DNA of 64,000 nt from Thermoanaerobaculia bacterium (GCA_038239305.1 JBBSEW010000005.1:4795-68794); one strand, 5' to 3'; positions 1 through 9,841 are shown, numbered from the stretch's first letter. The notes: generated from the letters alone by a model not told the origin. Made by a program: numbers and translations.

Positions 1-42
1 CGAAGCTCTCTTCGGTTAGAATCCCGGCATTCTGGAGGATGC

Positions 43-417
43 ATGAGGCGGACGGGCAACCCGCGTGGAGCGGCGAATTTTGGTTGCGTCGTCTGGATCG
101 TGGTCATCGCGCTTCTGGGCTACGGGCTTTACAAGATCGTGCCCGTGAAGGTGCAATCCGCCGCCTTCGCCGATTACCTCCAGGAAGAGTCCTCCTTCGG
201 GTCGATCAAGAGCACCCAGCAGATCGAGGCCGAAATCCTGAACAAGGCGAAGGAGATGGAGGTCCCGGTCACGAAGGACAACCTCATCATCAAGAAGACG
301 AAGGAATCGATCTCCATCGAGGCGCACTACGAGATCACGGTGGACTTCTTCAACGGCGCGTACAAGTACGTCTGGAAGTTCGACCCCGTGTTCGTGCGGC
401 CTCTCTTCAACGTCTGA
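43..417 (+). CDS. hypothetical membrane-anchored protein (N-terminal TM helix, K/E-rich soluble domain)
   Basis: ORF with high GC3; GGAGGA upstream of ATG 43; hydrophobic segment VVWIVVIALLGYGLY near the N-terminus. Confidence 0.6.
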   Translation: MRRTGNPRGAANFGCVVWIVVIALLGYGLYKIVPVKVQSAAFADYLQEESSFGSIKSTQQIEAEILNKAKEMEVPVTKDNLIIKKTKESISIEAHYEITVDFFNGAYKYVWKFDPVFVRPLFNV

Positions 418-430
418 CGTCGAGCGATCG

Positions 431-877
431 ATGGAGTCCCCGCGACGGCGGCCCCCTCGGGGCGGTTCGTCGCGCGGCTCGGCCGCGCGAGGAGTCTCGA
501 TCGCCGAGGTCTCGCGCGTGACCGGGATTCCCGCCTCCACTCTCCGGTTCTACGAGAGGGAGATGCCGGGCCTCTTCCTGATTCGCAAGACCCGCGGAGG
601 GCACCGGCGCTACGAAGCTACGGACATCGAACGCTTCACGGCCATCCGTAAGCTGACCGACACGGAAGCCCTGCCTCTCTCGCAGGTGCGCCGGGTGCTC
701 TCCTCCCGCGGCGACCACGAGCCCCTGCGGGAGGAGGTATCCAGGATCCGGACGGCGCAGGAGGAGGAAGGCTGGACGCTCGCCGAGCTCGCCCGCCGGA
801 TCACAGCTCTCGAAGAAAGGATCGAGAAGATGGCGAGCGGAAAGCGCGGTTGGTTCGGGAAGGGAAAGCTATCGTAG
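431..877 (+). CDS. MerR-family transcriptional regulator
   Basis: HTH segment VSIAEVSRVTGIPASTLRFYERE typical of the MerR N-terminus; C-terminal coiled-coil region. Confidence 0.8.
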   Translation: MESPRRRPPRGGSSRGSAARGVSIAEVSRVTGIPASTLRFYEREMPGLFLIRKTRGGHRRYEATDIERFTAIRKLTDTEALPLSQVRRVLSSRGDHEPLREEVSRIRTAQEEEGWTLAELARRITALEERIEKMASGKRGWFGKGKLS

Positions 878-913
878 GGAAAGCCCGCTGTCGTGCGAGG
901 CCGTTGTGGTTAT

Positions 914-962
914 CCGTTGTCCCTTGTCCCTTGTCCCTTGTCCCTTGTCCCTTGTCCCTTGA
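914..962. repeat. tandem heptamer array CCCTTGT x ~6, with degenerate CCGTTGT copies at 901-1005
   Basis: Read directly from the sequence: cccttgtcccttgtcccttgtcccttgtcccttg. Lies between the MerR stop and the redoxin start. Confidence 0.85.
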
Positions 963-1116
963 ACCTTTGTGCGTGGGCCGTTGTCCGTTGCCCGTTATCT
1001 GTCCCGGACGCGGGAATAGCCCGATTTCCGCGGCGATTAGTTCCATGAGAGACAAGGGACTCAAAACTCATACCTCAGATCTCAAAAGCGGACACCCGAT
1101 CTCCAAAGGAGCCCTC

Positions 1117-1695
1117 ATGCGACTCAACCGCCTCCTCCCTCTCGCCGCCGTGCTCGTGCTGGCCGCATCCGCTTCGCCCGCCGTCGAGATCGGCGCCCCC
1201 GCTCCGGATTTTCGCCTGACGGCCCTCGATGGAAAACCGATCTCGCTCGCGGATGCGGCGAAGACGCACAAGGCCGTCGTCGTGATGTTCATCGCCACCA
1301 AGTGCCCGTATTCGAACGCGTACAACGATCGGATGAAGAGCCTGGCCGCGGCATACGAGTCGAAGGGCGTCCTGTTCGTGGGGATCAACAGCAACGATAC
1401 GGAGCCGGAGCAGGAGGCGCGGGAGCACGCACGCGCCCACGGCCATACTTTTCCGATCGCCAAGGATCCGAGCAACAAAGTCGCGGATCTCTATGACGCC
1501 AAGCACACGCCCGAAGTCTTCGTCGTGTCGCCCGACGGAAAGCTGCGGTACCACGGCAGAATCGACGACAACTCCGAGGATGCCACCAGGGTCTCGTCTC
1601 CTGACCTGAAGAACGCGCTCGACGCCGTGGTCGCCGGCAAGGCGGTGCCCGTCGCCGAGACGAAGGCCTTCGGTTGCTCGATCAAGCGCGTCTGA
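1117..1695 (+). CDS. thioredoxin-fold redoxin (AhpC/TSA-TlpA like, CxxS motif KCPYS), secreted
   Basis: Signal peptide MRLNRLLPLAAVLVLAASA; redoxin-like core; AAAGGA SD-like sequence just upstream of ATG 1117; the longer ORF from 850 only translates the upstream repeat. Confidence 0.8.
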   Translation: MRLNRLLPLAAVLVLAASASPAVEIGAPAPDFRLTALDGKPISLADAAKTHKAVVVMFIATKCPYSNAYNDRMKSLAAAYESKGVLFVGINSNDTEPEQEAREHARAHGHTFPIAKDPSNKVADLYDAKHTPEVFVVSPDGKLRYHGRIDDNSEDATRVSSPDLKNALDAVVAGKAVPVAETKAFGCSIKRV

Positions 1696-2252
1696 CGAAG
1701 TCCGGCAGACGGCGGCTCCGTTCCGCCGGGCGTCTCGCCGCAGCATTTCTTCTCGTTCAGCTCGGCGCACCTCCGGGCGCGCCCGCCGCGGCTCCGTCTC
1801 GCGTAGCGGGCGACCTCGACGCGGCGGGGCTCACGAACCTCGTCGCGGCGCGGGCCCGCGAGGGGAAGGAAGGCAAGGTCGTCCTGGTCAATTTCTGGGC
1901 GACCTGGTGCGTGCCGTGCCGCGAAGAATTTCCGGATCTCATCCGGCTCGAAAAGGAGCTCGGGCCCCGCGGCCTCGTGATTCTCGGAATATCCACCGAC
2001 TTCTCGAGCCAGGCGGCGGCGGTCGAGGCGTTTCTCGCCGCCACGAAACCCCGCTTCCCCAACTATCGCCGGAAGGCCGGATCGGACGAGCAGACGTTCA
2101 TCGACGCGGTCGATCGGAGCTGGGGCGGCGAGCTGCCCTTCTCCGTTCTCTACGGACGCTCGGGCGAGAAGGCGAAAGTGCTGTCGGGCAAGCACACTTA
2201 CGAGGAGTATCGGCGAGAGATCCTGGAGGTTTTGAAGAGCTCGAAGCGGTGA
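1674..2252 (+). CDS. TlpA-family thiol:disulfide oxidoreductase (WCVPC active site), secreted
   Basis: CxxC motif WCVPCREEFP; RR-containing signal peptide; the only in-frame start is TTG 1674, which overlaps the upstream gene end. Confidence 0.75.
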   Translation: MLDQARLTKSGRRRLRSAGRLAAAFLLVQLGAPPGAPAAAPSRVAGDLDAAGLTNLVAARAREGKEGKVVLVNFWATWCVPCREEFPDLIRLEKELGPRGLVILGISTDFSSQAAAVEAFLAATKPRFPNYRRKAGSDEQTFIDAVDRSWGGELPFSVLYGRSGEKAKVLSGKHTYEEYRREILEVLKSSKR

Positions 2253-2276
2253 GGCGAATCGCGTTGTCGGACGACT

Positions 2277-2311
2277 CGTTTCCCCTTTCCCGTTTCCCGT
2301 TTCCCGTCTCC
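2277..2311. repeat. tandem heptamer array CGTTTCC x ~5
   Basis: cgtttcccctttcccgtttcccgtttcccgtctcc between the convergent tlpA-like and doxX-like genes; same unit as the array at 13050-13119. Confidence 0.8.
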
Positions 2312-2316
2312 GCCTC

Positions 2317-2796
2317 TCAGCGTCGCAGTCCTCCCCGGCGGCCGCCCCGCACCCGGCCGTCCATGCCCCAGGCCCGGCCGGCGTCGGATGCCGCGAGCAG
2401 CAGCAGCAGAAGGAGCGAGAACCTGGTCGCCAGGCCCGCCGTGATCCACTGATCCCACGTTGCCTGGCCGGCCGGGTACGACTGCCCGAGCAGAATCGTC
2501 AGCATCAGCAGCGCTCCCACGATCGACACGATCCGGGTCCAGAGTCCGATGAGGAGCGCGATCCCGAGGGCCAGCTCGCCCCCTGCGACGAGCCAGGCGA
2601 ACACCGGCGCATGCGGCAGGACAGTCGACTGGATAAACGTGCGCCAGAACGGCCACGACGTCTTCAGCATCTCCCGCGCGCCCGAGGCGAATCCGCCGTG
2701 CACGAAGTCGCCCAGCATCTTCTCGAGCCCCAGCGTCCCGATCAGGATCCCGGTCAAGATGCGGACGAGCGCCGCGAGTCGAGCTCCGGAGGTCAT
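2317..2796 (-). CDS. DoxX-family membrane protein
   Basis: About 159 aa, four hydrophobic helices, DoxX-like WLVAGGELALGIALLIGLW. Confidence 0.75.
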   Translation of the reverse strand: MTSGARLAALVRILTGILIGTLGLEKMLGDFVHGGFASGAREMLKTSWPFWRTFIQSTVLPHAPVFAWLVAGGELALGIALLIGLWTRIVSIVGALLMLTILLGQSYPAGQATWDQWITAGLATRFSLLLLLLLAASDAGRAWGMDGRVRGGRRGGLRR

Positions 2797-3026
2797 CCCG
2801 GGCAGTGTAGCCCGGCCTCAGCCCGAAGTCTCCGCGGATCCCGGTCGCCGCCGATCGACGCCTCCCTCTCCGCGGCGAGGTGTTCGCGACGGAGGACAGC
2901 GTTCGCCGGCTCCGACCGGGGGAAACCGGGGCCGGAGGTCGGATTTCGAATTGCGAGAGCTCTCGGGGATCACCTTTTGCTACAGTGGCGGCGAGATCTT
3001 GGCCCTTTCCCATGAGGAGTTCTCCC

Positions 3027-4451
3027 ATGAAGCTCGATCGACTCTCTGTCCTGGCGCTCGTCGGCACTTTCGCCGGCACTCTCGTCTGCGCGTCGCTGAC
3101 CGCCGCGCCCGCCACCGACACGCGCGGTCGCGTCATCCGGCGCTCGGCCACGAAACGAACGACAGTGAAAACACCGGCTGCCGCGCAGGCGGGGGCGTAC
3201 TCGACCGAGGTGCCCGTCGTCGCTCACATCGACGCGAACACCGCGGCGGACACACTCATCCTGAACGCCGCGCATCCCTTCTCGATAACGCTCTCGGCCA
3301 GGGATACGGGGCGCACCGGAAACACCGGGACCGGCCTCGCCATCCCGGAAAACGACATCTTCGGGTTCTTCAGCATCCCGACCATCACCGGCAATGCGAG
3401 CAACCCCGAGGTCTTCGTCAAGGTCATCGACGGCCGGACCTTCAACGGCTTCTACTGGATCTTCTCGAACGGCCTTTCGGACCTCGAATACACGCTGACG
3501 GTGCGCGAGGTCGCGACCGGAGCGACGAAGGTTTACAGCAAGACATTCGGAAGCGCGAGCGCCTGCGGCACCTTCGACACGTCCGCGTTCGCCGCCGCTC
3601 CGGGCGCCGCCGAAACGACTCCGTTCGACGCGGAAGCCATCACGCCGACCACCCGCGCGACCACCTTGAAATCCTCCGTCGACATCAGCAACAACACCGG
3701 CAAGAACGGCGTCACGGCCTCCATTCAGTACACCTACACGTGCATTGCAGCGGCCTGCAGCCCCGTCGGCGGGTTCCAGTCGACGCCATCGGAGACGATC
3801 ACGCTTCAGGCGCACGACTCGCGCCATTTCGACGACATCGTGGGCTTCTTCGCGGGGATTCCCGGCGACCTCGTTCCGGGCGCCGCCCAGGGCTCGTACG
3901 GAACGCTGCTCGTGAACTTCGGAAATTTCGACACGAATCAGGGCGACGAAGGAACGGTGCAGGCGCGCACGTACAGCCGCGTCGCCGAAGTCGATCCGCT
4001 CAAGGGCACCGTCGGATATTCGACGCCCGCGTCTATTTTCATCGAGGCCGCGAAATCCACGCTCGTGGGAACGGCGCGCGACACGCGCGGCGGAGGCGCG
4101 GACTTCGCGGGAACCGTCTCATCGAATGTCGGTATCCGCAACAGCGACATCAACGGAACGTTCTCGCTCGACACGGTGGACGTCACGTTCTTCGACACGT
4201 CGACTCACAACCCGGTCGGCGGCACGCTCACGCTCTCGGGCCTGCGCCCCGGCGAGGTTCGCGAGCTGACCGACATCTGGACGCTCGCCTCGATCCCGAA
4301 CACGGTCCACTCGGTGATCGTGGTCGCCACTGTCCGCGGCTCGACGACGAACTCCGCGACGATCGAGGGCTACATCACGATCGACGACACGAACTCGAGA
4401 GACTCGGCGTTCGTCGAGCTGAAGTGCGCGGATACGATCTGCGGTAACTGA
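3027..4451 (+). CDS. secreted T/S/G-rich hypothetical protein (~475 aa)
   Basis: GAGGAG SD 7 nt before ATG 3027; signal peptide MKLDRLSVLALVGTFAGTLVCASL; high GC3; no recognisable catalytic motif. Confidence 0.7.
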   Translation: MKLDRLSVLALVGTFAGTLVCASLTAAPATDTRGRVIRRSATKRTTVKTPAAAQAGAYSTEVPVVAHIDANTAADTLILNAAHPFSITLSARDTGRTGNTGTGLAIPENDIFGFFSIPTITGNASNPEVFVKVIDGRTFNGFYWIFSNGLSDLEYTLTVREVATGATKVYSKTFGSASACGTFDTSAFAAAPGAAETTPFDAEAITPTTRATTLKSSVDISNNTGKNGVTASIQYTYTCIAAACSPVGGFQSTPSETITLQAHDSRHFDDIVGFFAGIPGDLVPGAAQGSYGTLLVNFGNFDTNQGDEGTVQARTYSRVAEVDPLKGTVGYSTPASIFIEAAKSTLVGTARDTRGGGADFAGTVSSNVGIRNSDINGTFSLDTVDVTFFDTSTHNPVGGTLTLSGLRPGEVRELTDIWTLASIPNTVHSVIVVATVRGSTTNSATIEGYITIDDTNSRDSAFVELKCADTICGN

Positions 4452-4473
4452 CGCTCATCGGCGTCCGAGCCTG

Positions 4474-4504
4474 CCCCGGGCTCTCTGTGGATCAAAGCCC
4501 GGGG
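4474..4504. terminator. bidirectional hairpin (CCCCGGGC / GCCCGGGG stem) between convergent genes
   Basis: Perfect 8-bp stem with ~15 nt loop between the stop at 4451 and the purD stop at 4527. Confidence 0.55.
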
Positions 4505-4526
4505 TGGGGCGCCCGCTCGATTCCTC

Positions 4527-5810
4527 TCAGGTTCGCGTCGCTCGGACGGAGCGGGCGCCAATGTCGCGGCGGACATGCTTGCCTTCGAACTGGATGATGT
4601 CCGCGGCCTCGTACGCGCGCGCCGCGGCTTCCGCAATCGTCGAAGCGCAGGCGGTCACGACGAGGACACGGCCGCCGGCGGTGACCAGGCGATCGCCTTC
4701 CCGAGCCGTCCCGGCGTGGAAGATCTCGACCGACGGAAGCTTCGAGGCTTCGTTCAATCCGTCGATCGGCTTTCCGAGCTCGAAGTTGCCCGGATACCCC
4801 GCCGAGCAGAGGACGACCGCGGCGCACGCCTCGGGCTTCACGGCAAGCGGCTGGAACCGGAAGAGCTCCTGTCGCGTCGCCGCCGTGAGCAGAGCGGCGA
4901 GGTCCGTCTGGAGGCGAGGAACGATCACCTCCGTCTCCGGATCGCCGAATCGCGCGTTGTACTCGAGAATTTTCGGTCCCGACTCCGTCAGCATCAGCCC
5001 GGCGTAGAGGACGCCGGAGAACGAGCGCCCCTCCGCCTCGAGGCCACGGAGAGTCGGCCAGACGATGTCCCGCATCACCTGTCCGGACGTGGCGGCGTCG
5101 AGATTCCCGGCCGGCGAGTGGCAGCCCATGCCTCCCGTGTTCGGTCCCCGGTCTCCGTCGTAGACCTTCTTGTAGTCCCGGGCGGTGGGCAGGGCCTCCG
5201 CGGTCGCTCCGTCGCAGACCGCGAGAAAGGACGCCTCGCTTCCCCGGAGAAACTCCTCGACCAGGATGCGGTCGCCACCGGCGCCGAAGACCCTCTGTTC
5301 GAAAAACAGGTCGAGGGCCCGCTCGACGTCGTCCCGTGACTCGACGACGAGAACGCCCTTGCCTCCGGCGAGCCCGTCGGCTTTCAGCACGCACGGATAG
5401 CCGAGCTTCCGGATCGCCTCCTCCGCTTCCCCCTTGGACGCGCAGACCGTCGAGGCGGCCGTCGGAATGCCATGCCGCCGGAAGAACTCCTTGGCGAAGA
5501 CTTTCGACGATTCGATCTGAGCAGCCAGCCGGGTGGGCCCGAAAAGCGGAAGGCTCCGTTTCGCGAACTCGTCGGCGATGCCGAGAGAGAGCGGCAGCTC
5601 CGGCCCCACCACCGTCAGGTCGAACTGCAGTTTTTCCGCGAGGTCGGCGAGCTCGACCATGTCCCCCGCCGAGACGGGAAGGCAGTCGGCCACCTCCTCG
5701 ATCCCGGGATTTCCGGGAGCACAGAAGAGCTCCTGCACGGAAGGGCTGCGTCGCAGACCCCAGCACAGGGCGTGCTCGCGTCCGCCGCTTCCGATGACGA
5801 GAACCTTCAT
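4527..5810 (-). CDS. purD: phosphoribosylamine--glycine ligase
   Basis: MKVLVIGSGGREHAL N-terminus; ATP-grasp; full-length PurD-like; start moved to the internal ATG at 5810. Confidence 0.95.
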   Translation of the reverse strand: MKVLVIGSGGREHALCWGLRRSPSVQELFCAPGNPGIEEVADCLPVSAGDMVELADLAEKLQFDLTVVGPELPLSLGIADEFAKRSLPLFGPTRLAAQIESSKVFAKEFFRRHGIPTAASTVCASKGEAEEAIRKLGYPCVLKADGLAGGKGVLVVESRDDVERALDLFFEQRVFGAGGDRILVEEFLRGSEASFLAVCDGATAEALPTARDYKKVYDGDRGPNTGGMGCHSPAGNLDAATSGQVMRDIVWPTLRGLEAEGRSFSGVLYAGLMLTESGPKILEYNARFGDPETEVIVPRLQTDLAALLTAATRQELFRFQPLAVKPEACAAVVLCSAGYPGNFELGKPIDGLNEASKLPSVEIFHAGTAREGDRLVTAGGRVLVVTACASTIAEAAARAYEAADIIQFEGKHVRRDIGARSVRATRT

Positions 5811-5897
5811 CGGGCGGCATTGTACCGGGACTTGGAGCACGAGGCTCCTCTCCCCGGGAGTCCTCCGCGCATGCGTCCCGCGCCGGAAAAATCCGCA

Positions 5898-6377
5898 TCA
5901 CATCGGCCGGCGGCTGCTCGAAGAACCGGACGAGCTCTTCTTCTGTTTCTTCCGTTTTCCGCCCGGCGCGGCCGGGTCCTTCTCTCCGGACTCGCGCGGC
6001 GCGACCTCGAATCGGTCGTAGCGGCCGAGGAACGCGACCTTCGTCTCGAGCGTCTCGTGCGGTCCGAGCATCAGGCCGAACCGTCCGGTCTGGCGGGCCG
6101 CGACGCGCCCGTCCCGGATCGCCCGGACCTCGAAGCGGACGTCCCGCCCTGCCCACGTTCCCCGGCCGTCGTTGACCACCCGGACGAGGCAGAGAGTGGC
6201 GTGGTCGCTCGAAAAACCCCGATCCTCCTCGACCGCCAGGCGAAGCTCACCCCACGGAACCGTCTCGGCGCCGGCACCGGCGATGGAGGACGCCGCGGCG
6301 GCCATCCCCATTCCCAGAATGACTCGGACAAAGGCGGAACCGATGAGTCCGGATCGGATAAGACGTATGGGTCCCAT
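5898..6377 (-). CDS. secreted hypothetical protein with K/S-rich C-terminal tail
   Basis: AGGAGAGG SD before ATG at 6377; signal-like MGPIRLIRSGLIGSAFVRVILGMGMAAAASS; upstream part of the long ORF is R-rich shadow. Confidence 0.5.
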   Translation of the reverse strand: MGPIRLIRSGLIGSAFVRVILGMGMAAAASSIAGAGAETVPWGELRLAVEEDRGFSSDHATLCLVRVVNDGRGTWAGRDVRFEVRAIRDGRVAARQTGRFGLMLGPHETLETKVAFLGRYDRFEVAPRESGEKDPAAPGGKRKKQKKSSSGSSSSRRPM

Positions 6378-6391
6378 GATTTCCTCTCCTT

Positions 6392-6411
6392 TTCGAATGA
6401 TGAGATTCGAA
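6392..6411. promoter_or_regulatory. palindromic operator-like site TTCGAATGATGAGATTCGAA in divergent promoter region
   Basis: 7-bp perfect inverted repeat TTCGAAT/ATTCGAA; a near-identical core (TCGAATGAGTATTCGAA) recurs at 62554-62570. Confidence 0.3.
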
Positions 6412-6501
6412 GGGACGAGGAACCGTCTGGAGACCGCCCGCACATGGCAGGCGGCAGGACGATGAGGACCGCGGCAGTGTAGCATTTGGATCGGACGATC
6501 C

Positions 6502-8370
6502 ATGGCAAAAGACTTTCGCAAGACTCTGGCCGAAGAGATTCTGATCGCGGACGGCGCGGTCGGGACGCTGCTCGTTTCCCGCGGCGCCTCGCCCGAGCAG
6601 GCAAAGTCACCGTTGAACGTCACCGACCCGGAGTCGGTGCGCGAGGTCCACGACGACTATCGCGACGTCGGTGCGCGGATTCTCACGACCAATACGTGGG
6701 ACGCCAATCGCGTGAAACTGTCGGCGCACGAGTGGGCCGACTCGCTCGAGAAGATCAATCGAGAAGGCGCCCGGCTCGCGAAGGAATCGGCCGCGGGCGA
6801 GATGGTGTTCGTCGCCGGATCGATGGGTCCGCTCGGAGCTCTCGTGAAGCCGTATGGAAGGCTGACACTCGTCCAGGTCCGCGAGACGTTCGAGGAGCAG
6901 GCCCGCGCCCTTCTCGAGGGAGGCGTCGACCTCATCCTGCTCGAGACGTTCGGAAGCCTTCTCGAGGCGGCGGAAGCGGTCCGGGCCGTCCGCGGCCTAT
7001 CGGCGGAAATTCCGATCGTCGCGCAGATGACATTCCTCTCGGATGCGCGCACGGCCTTCGGCGAAAGCGCTTCGCACGCGCTGTCGACGCTGGCACTCGC
7101 CGGCGCGGACGTCGTCGGCATGAACTGCACCCTCGGGCCGCAGGAGACGCATGACGTCTTCTCGAAGCTCTCGCCGTCGATCGCCGCGCCTCTGTCGGTC
7201 ATGCCGAACGCCGGCTATCCAACCGTCGTGCATGGCCGCAACGTGTATCTCTCGTCCCCCGACTATCTGCAGGAATACGCCGGTCTGTTCGCGGACGCGG
7301 GCGCCGCCATCATTGGCGGCTGCTGCGGCACGACACCGGAGCACGTCCGGGCGATGGCGCGCGCGATCGCAGGCCGCTCACGAACGGCCGCAAGGGTCGG
7401 CGTCTCCTTCGTCGTCGAAACGCCGCTCGGGTCCCTGGTCGAGCCGGCGATCGAAACCTCCCGGCTCAAGCGAAAGCTCGCGGACGCAAACGAGTTCGTC
7501 GTCACAGCCGAAGCGGAGCCGCCAAAGGGCGTGGACGTCTCGAGCGCGATCGAGGGTGCGCGCGTCCTGAAAGCCTCCGGGGTCGATGCCGTGAACGTCA
7601 CGGACAATCCGATGGCCCGCCTGCGGATGTCGTCGATATCCGTCGCGGCCATTCTCCAGCGCGAAACCGGTCTCGAGGCGGTCGTGCAGATCACGACCCG
7701 TGACCGCAACGTGCTCGGCCTCCAGTCGGACCTCCTCGGCGCCGCCGGCCTGGGACTGAAGGCGATTCTCTGCCTCGGGGGAGATCCTCTGAAGATCGGC
7801 GACTACCCCCAAGCCAAGCAGGTCTCCGAGGTGGACGTGCTCGGGCTCCTGCGCATCAGCCGCGGGCTCAACTCGGGCGCGGACCTCGCGGGCAACGCCA
7901 TCGGCGCGCCGACGTCGTTCGCGATCGCCTGCGCGGCGAATCCGGCAGCCTCCGATCTCGAAGTGGAGTTCTCGAAGCTGCGCGCCAAGATCGAGGCCGG
8001 CGCGACGTTTGCCCAGACTCAGCCCGTCTACGATATCGGGGCGCTCGAGCGCTTTCTGGAGCGGGACGAGGCGCGAGCGATCCCCGTGCTCGTAGGCCTG
8101 ATTCCTCTTCGCTCGCTCAAGCAGACACTCTTCTTCGCGAATGAGGTGCCCGGAATCGTGGTTCCCGAGGAGATTCAAAGGCGTATGCGCGCCGCAGCGG
8201 ACCGGGGACCGGAGCACGAGCGGATGGAGGGTCTCGCGATCGCCCGGGAGCTGGCGGCCGCGATCGGCGGATTGGCGCGCGGCATCCACATCATGCCCAT
8301 GGGGAAATATGCGGCGGTGGGAGAGATCCTGGAGGCGCTTCCGGAGCGCGTGCGCGCAGGGAAAAGATAG
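6502..8370 (+). CDS. bifunctional homocysteine S-methyltransferase domain / 5,10-methylenetetrahydrofolate reductase
   Basis: N-terminal Hcy-binding S-methyltransferase domain (GGCCGTTPEH zinc-ligand region) fused to an MTHFR domain; 622 aa. Confidence 0.9.
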   Translation: MAKDFRKTLAEEILIADGAVGTLLVSRGASPEQAKSPLNVTDPESVREVHDDYRDVGARILTTNTWDANRVKLSAHEWADSLEKINREGARLAKESAAGEMVFVAGSMGPLGALVKPYGRLTLVQVRETFEEQARALLEGGVDLILLETFGSLLEAAEAVRAVRGLSAEIPIVAQMTFLSDARTAFGESASHALSTLALAGADVVGMNCTLGPQETHDVFSKLSPSIAAPLSVMPNAGYPTVVHGRNVYLSSPDYLQEYAGLFADAGAAIIGGCCGTTPEHVRAMARAIAGRSRTAARVGVSFVVETPLGSLVEPAIETSRLKRKLADANEFVVTAEAEPPKGVDVSSAIEGARVLKASGVDAVNVTDNPMARLRMSSISVAAILQRETGLEAVVQITTRDRNVLGLQSDLLGAAGLGLKAILCLGGDPLKIGDYPQAKQVSEVDVLGLLRISRGLNSGADLAGNAIGAPTSFAIACAANPAASDLEVEFSKLRAKIEAGATFAQTQPVYDIGALERFLERDEARAIPVLVGLIPLRSLKQTLFFANEVPGIVVPEEIQRRMRAAADRGPEHERMEGLAIARELAAAIGGLARGIHIMPMGKYAAVGEILEALPERVRAGKR

Positions 8371-8485
8371 AGACGCCGGGACGGCCTCGGATTTGAGGTG
8401 CCGGAGAGAAGCTCCCCGGCTAGAATTCCCGGAAATTTGCGAACGCGACGAATTGCTACAACTTTCGCTCAGGCACGGAGGCAAT

Positions 8486-9448
8486 ATGAAAATGGCCCTG
8501 CGGTTCTTGACCGCGCTTTCCATCCTGCTCACCGCTCTCGCGGTCGAAGCGGGCACTCAGGGACGCGTTACCGGCAAGGTGACGGACTCCGCGGGCAATC
8601 CGGTCGAAGGCGTCACCGTGACTCTCACGACGCCCGCGATCAAGACGTTCAAGCTCTCGACACGCACCGACAAGGATGGACGCTACGGATCGATCGTGAA
8701 CGACGCGACGCTCATGTACCACCTGCGTTACGAGAAGGATGGCTACGCGCCAGCCGAGGTCGACAAGAAGCTCTCGACCGTCGAGATCACGACGCTCGAC
8801 CAGAAGCTCATGAAGGCGGGCGAGGGCGGAGCGCCGGCCGCCTCCGCGAAGCCGGGCGCCGCACCCGCCGCCGGCCCGTCTTCCCATGACCAGGCCACCC
8901 TCGCCTACAACGACGCCGTCGATCGCTTGAACGCGGGCGACAAGCCGGGCGCCGAGGCGAAACTGCTGGAAGCTGTTGGGAAAAACTCGGATCTGGCTCA
9001 AGGCTGGGTTCAGCTCACGAATATCGCCTACGACAAGAAGGACTGGGCGAAGACGGTCGAATATGGTCAGAAGGCCACGGACCTCGACCCCACCCAAACG
9101 GACCTCTACAAGAAAATGGCGGAGGCCGCGAACAAGTCGGGAGACAAGAAGGCCGGTACCGACTTCGGCAAGCGATACGAGGACGCGAATCCGGACAGTC
9201 CGGAGATTCTCTACAGCAAGGGAATCGACGCCTACAACCATAAGAAGTCGAAGGAGTCGGAGGAGTTTCTCGAGAGGGCCGTCACGGCCAGGCCGGAGTT
9301 CGCTCTCGCGCACTACTACCTCGCCCTTGCCGCCATGAACAACAAGAAGAACGCCGTGGCGCGGGAGCACTTTCAGAAATATCTCGAGCTCGACCCGAAC
9401 GGCTCCGAGGCAGCGACCGCAAAAGAGCTACTCCCCCTGGTGAAGTGA
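8486..9448 (+). CDS. secreted carboxypeptidase-regulatory-like domain + TPR repeat protein
   Basis: GGAGG SD before ATG 8486; signal peptide; GRVTGKVTDSAGNPVEGVTVTL (CarbopepD_reg-like); C-terminal TPR-like helices. Confidence 0.75.
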   Translation: MKMALRFLTALSILLTALAVEAGTQGRVTGKVTDSAGNPVEGVTVTLTTPAIKTFKLSTRTDKDGRYGSIVNDATLMYHLRYEKDGYAPAEVDKKLSTVEITTLDQKLMKAGEGGAPAASAKPGAAPAAGPSSHDQATLAYNDAVDRLNAGDKPGAEAKLLEAVGKNSDLAQGWVQLTNIAYDKKDWAKTVEYGQKATDLDPTQTDLYKKMAEAANKSGDKKAGTDFGKRYEDANPDSPEILYSKGIDAYNHKKSKESEEFLERAVTARPEFALAHYYLALAAMNNKKNAVAREHFQKYLELDPNGSEAATAKELLPLVK

Positions 9449-9584
9449 AACTCGGGCCGAGCGGCCGAGTTGCGCCTGGACGAGGGATTGGCACGCGAGC
9501 GCGTTCCCCCGCGGGGGTGAGAGGCGCACGCGATCTCGCTAGACCGCAGGATTCGGAGACGACGTCGAATGCAAGACGCCCCCT

Positions 9585-9632
9585 CACCCTGCCCTCTCCC
9601 CCGTCACCGGGGGCGAGGGTGGGCTCTTGAGC
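9585..9632 (+). terminator. GC-rich imperfect hairpin downstream of the TPR gene
   Basis: ccctctcccccgtcaccgggggcgagggtgggc imperfect stem-loop ~140 nt after the stop at 9448; no clear U-tract. Confidence 0.35.
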
Positions 9633-9841
9633 TCGTTTAGGCCGGACGGATATTCGGCGCCTCGAACGCACCGCTCAAATTCACCCTGACTCTGCCCCCT
9701 TTTCGAAGCCGCTTCGGCGAAACCACCGCCAAGAACTGCGCTAACGATGTCGAAAATTGTCGGGCGGCGCCCCTTTTATGTCCACACCTTGTCATCGGGT
9801 CGGCACGCGAGCTCTAAAGTCACCTGAAATCAGCTATTTGC

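Noticed and set aside
850-1116. N-terminal extension of the redoxin ORF
   Set aside because: It translates the CCCTTGT repeat (VPCPLSLVPCPLSL). The true start is ATG 1117 with a signal peptide.
2198-6156. Long R-rich ORFs (2198-3151 minus, 2549-4447 plus, 4492-6156 minus)
   Set aside because: Overlapping or shadow frames of doxX, the secreted protein and purD. The composition is typical of high-GC antisense frames.
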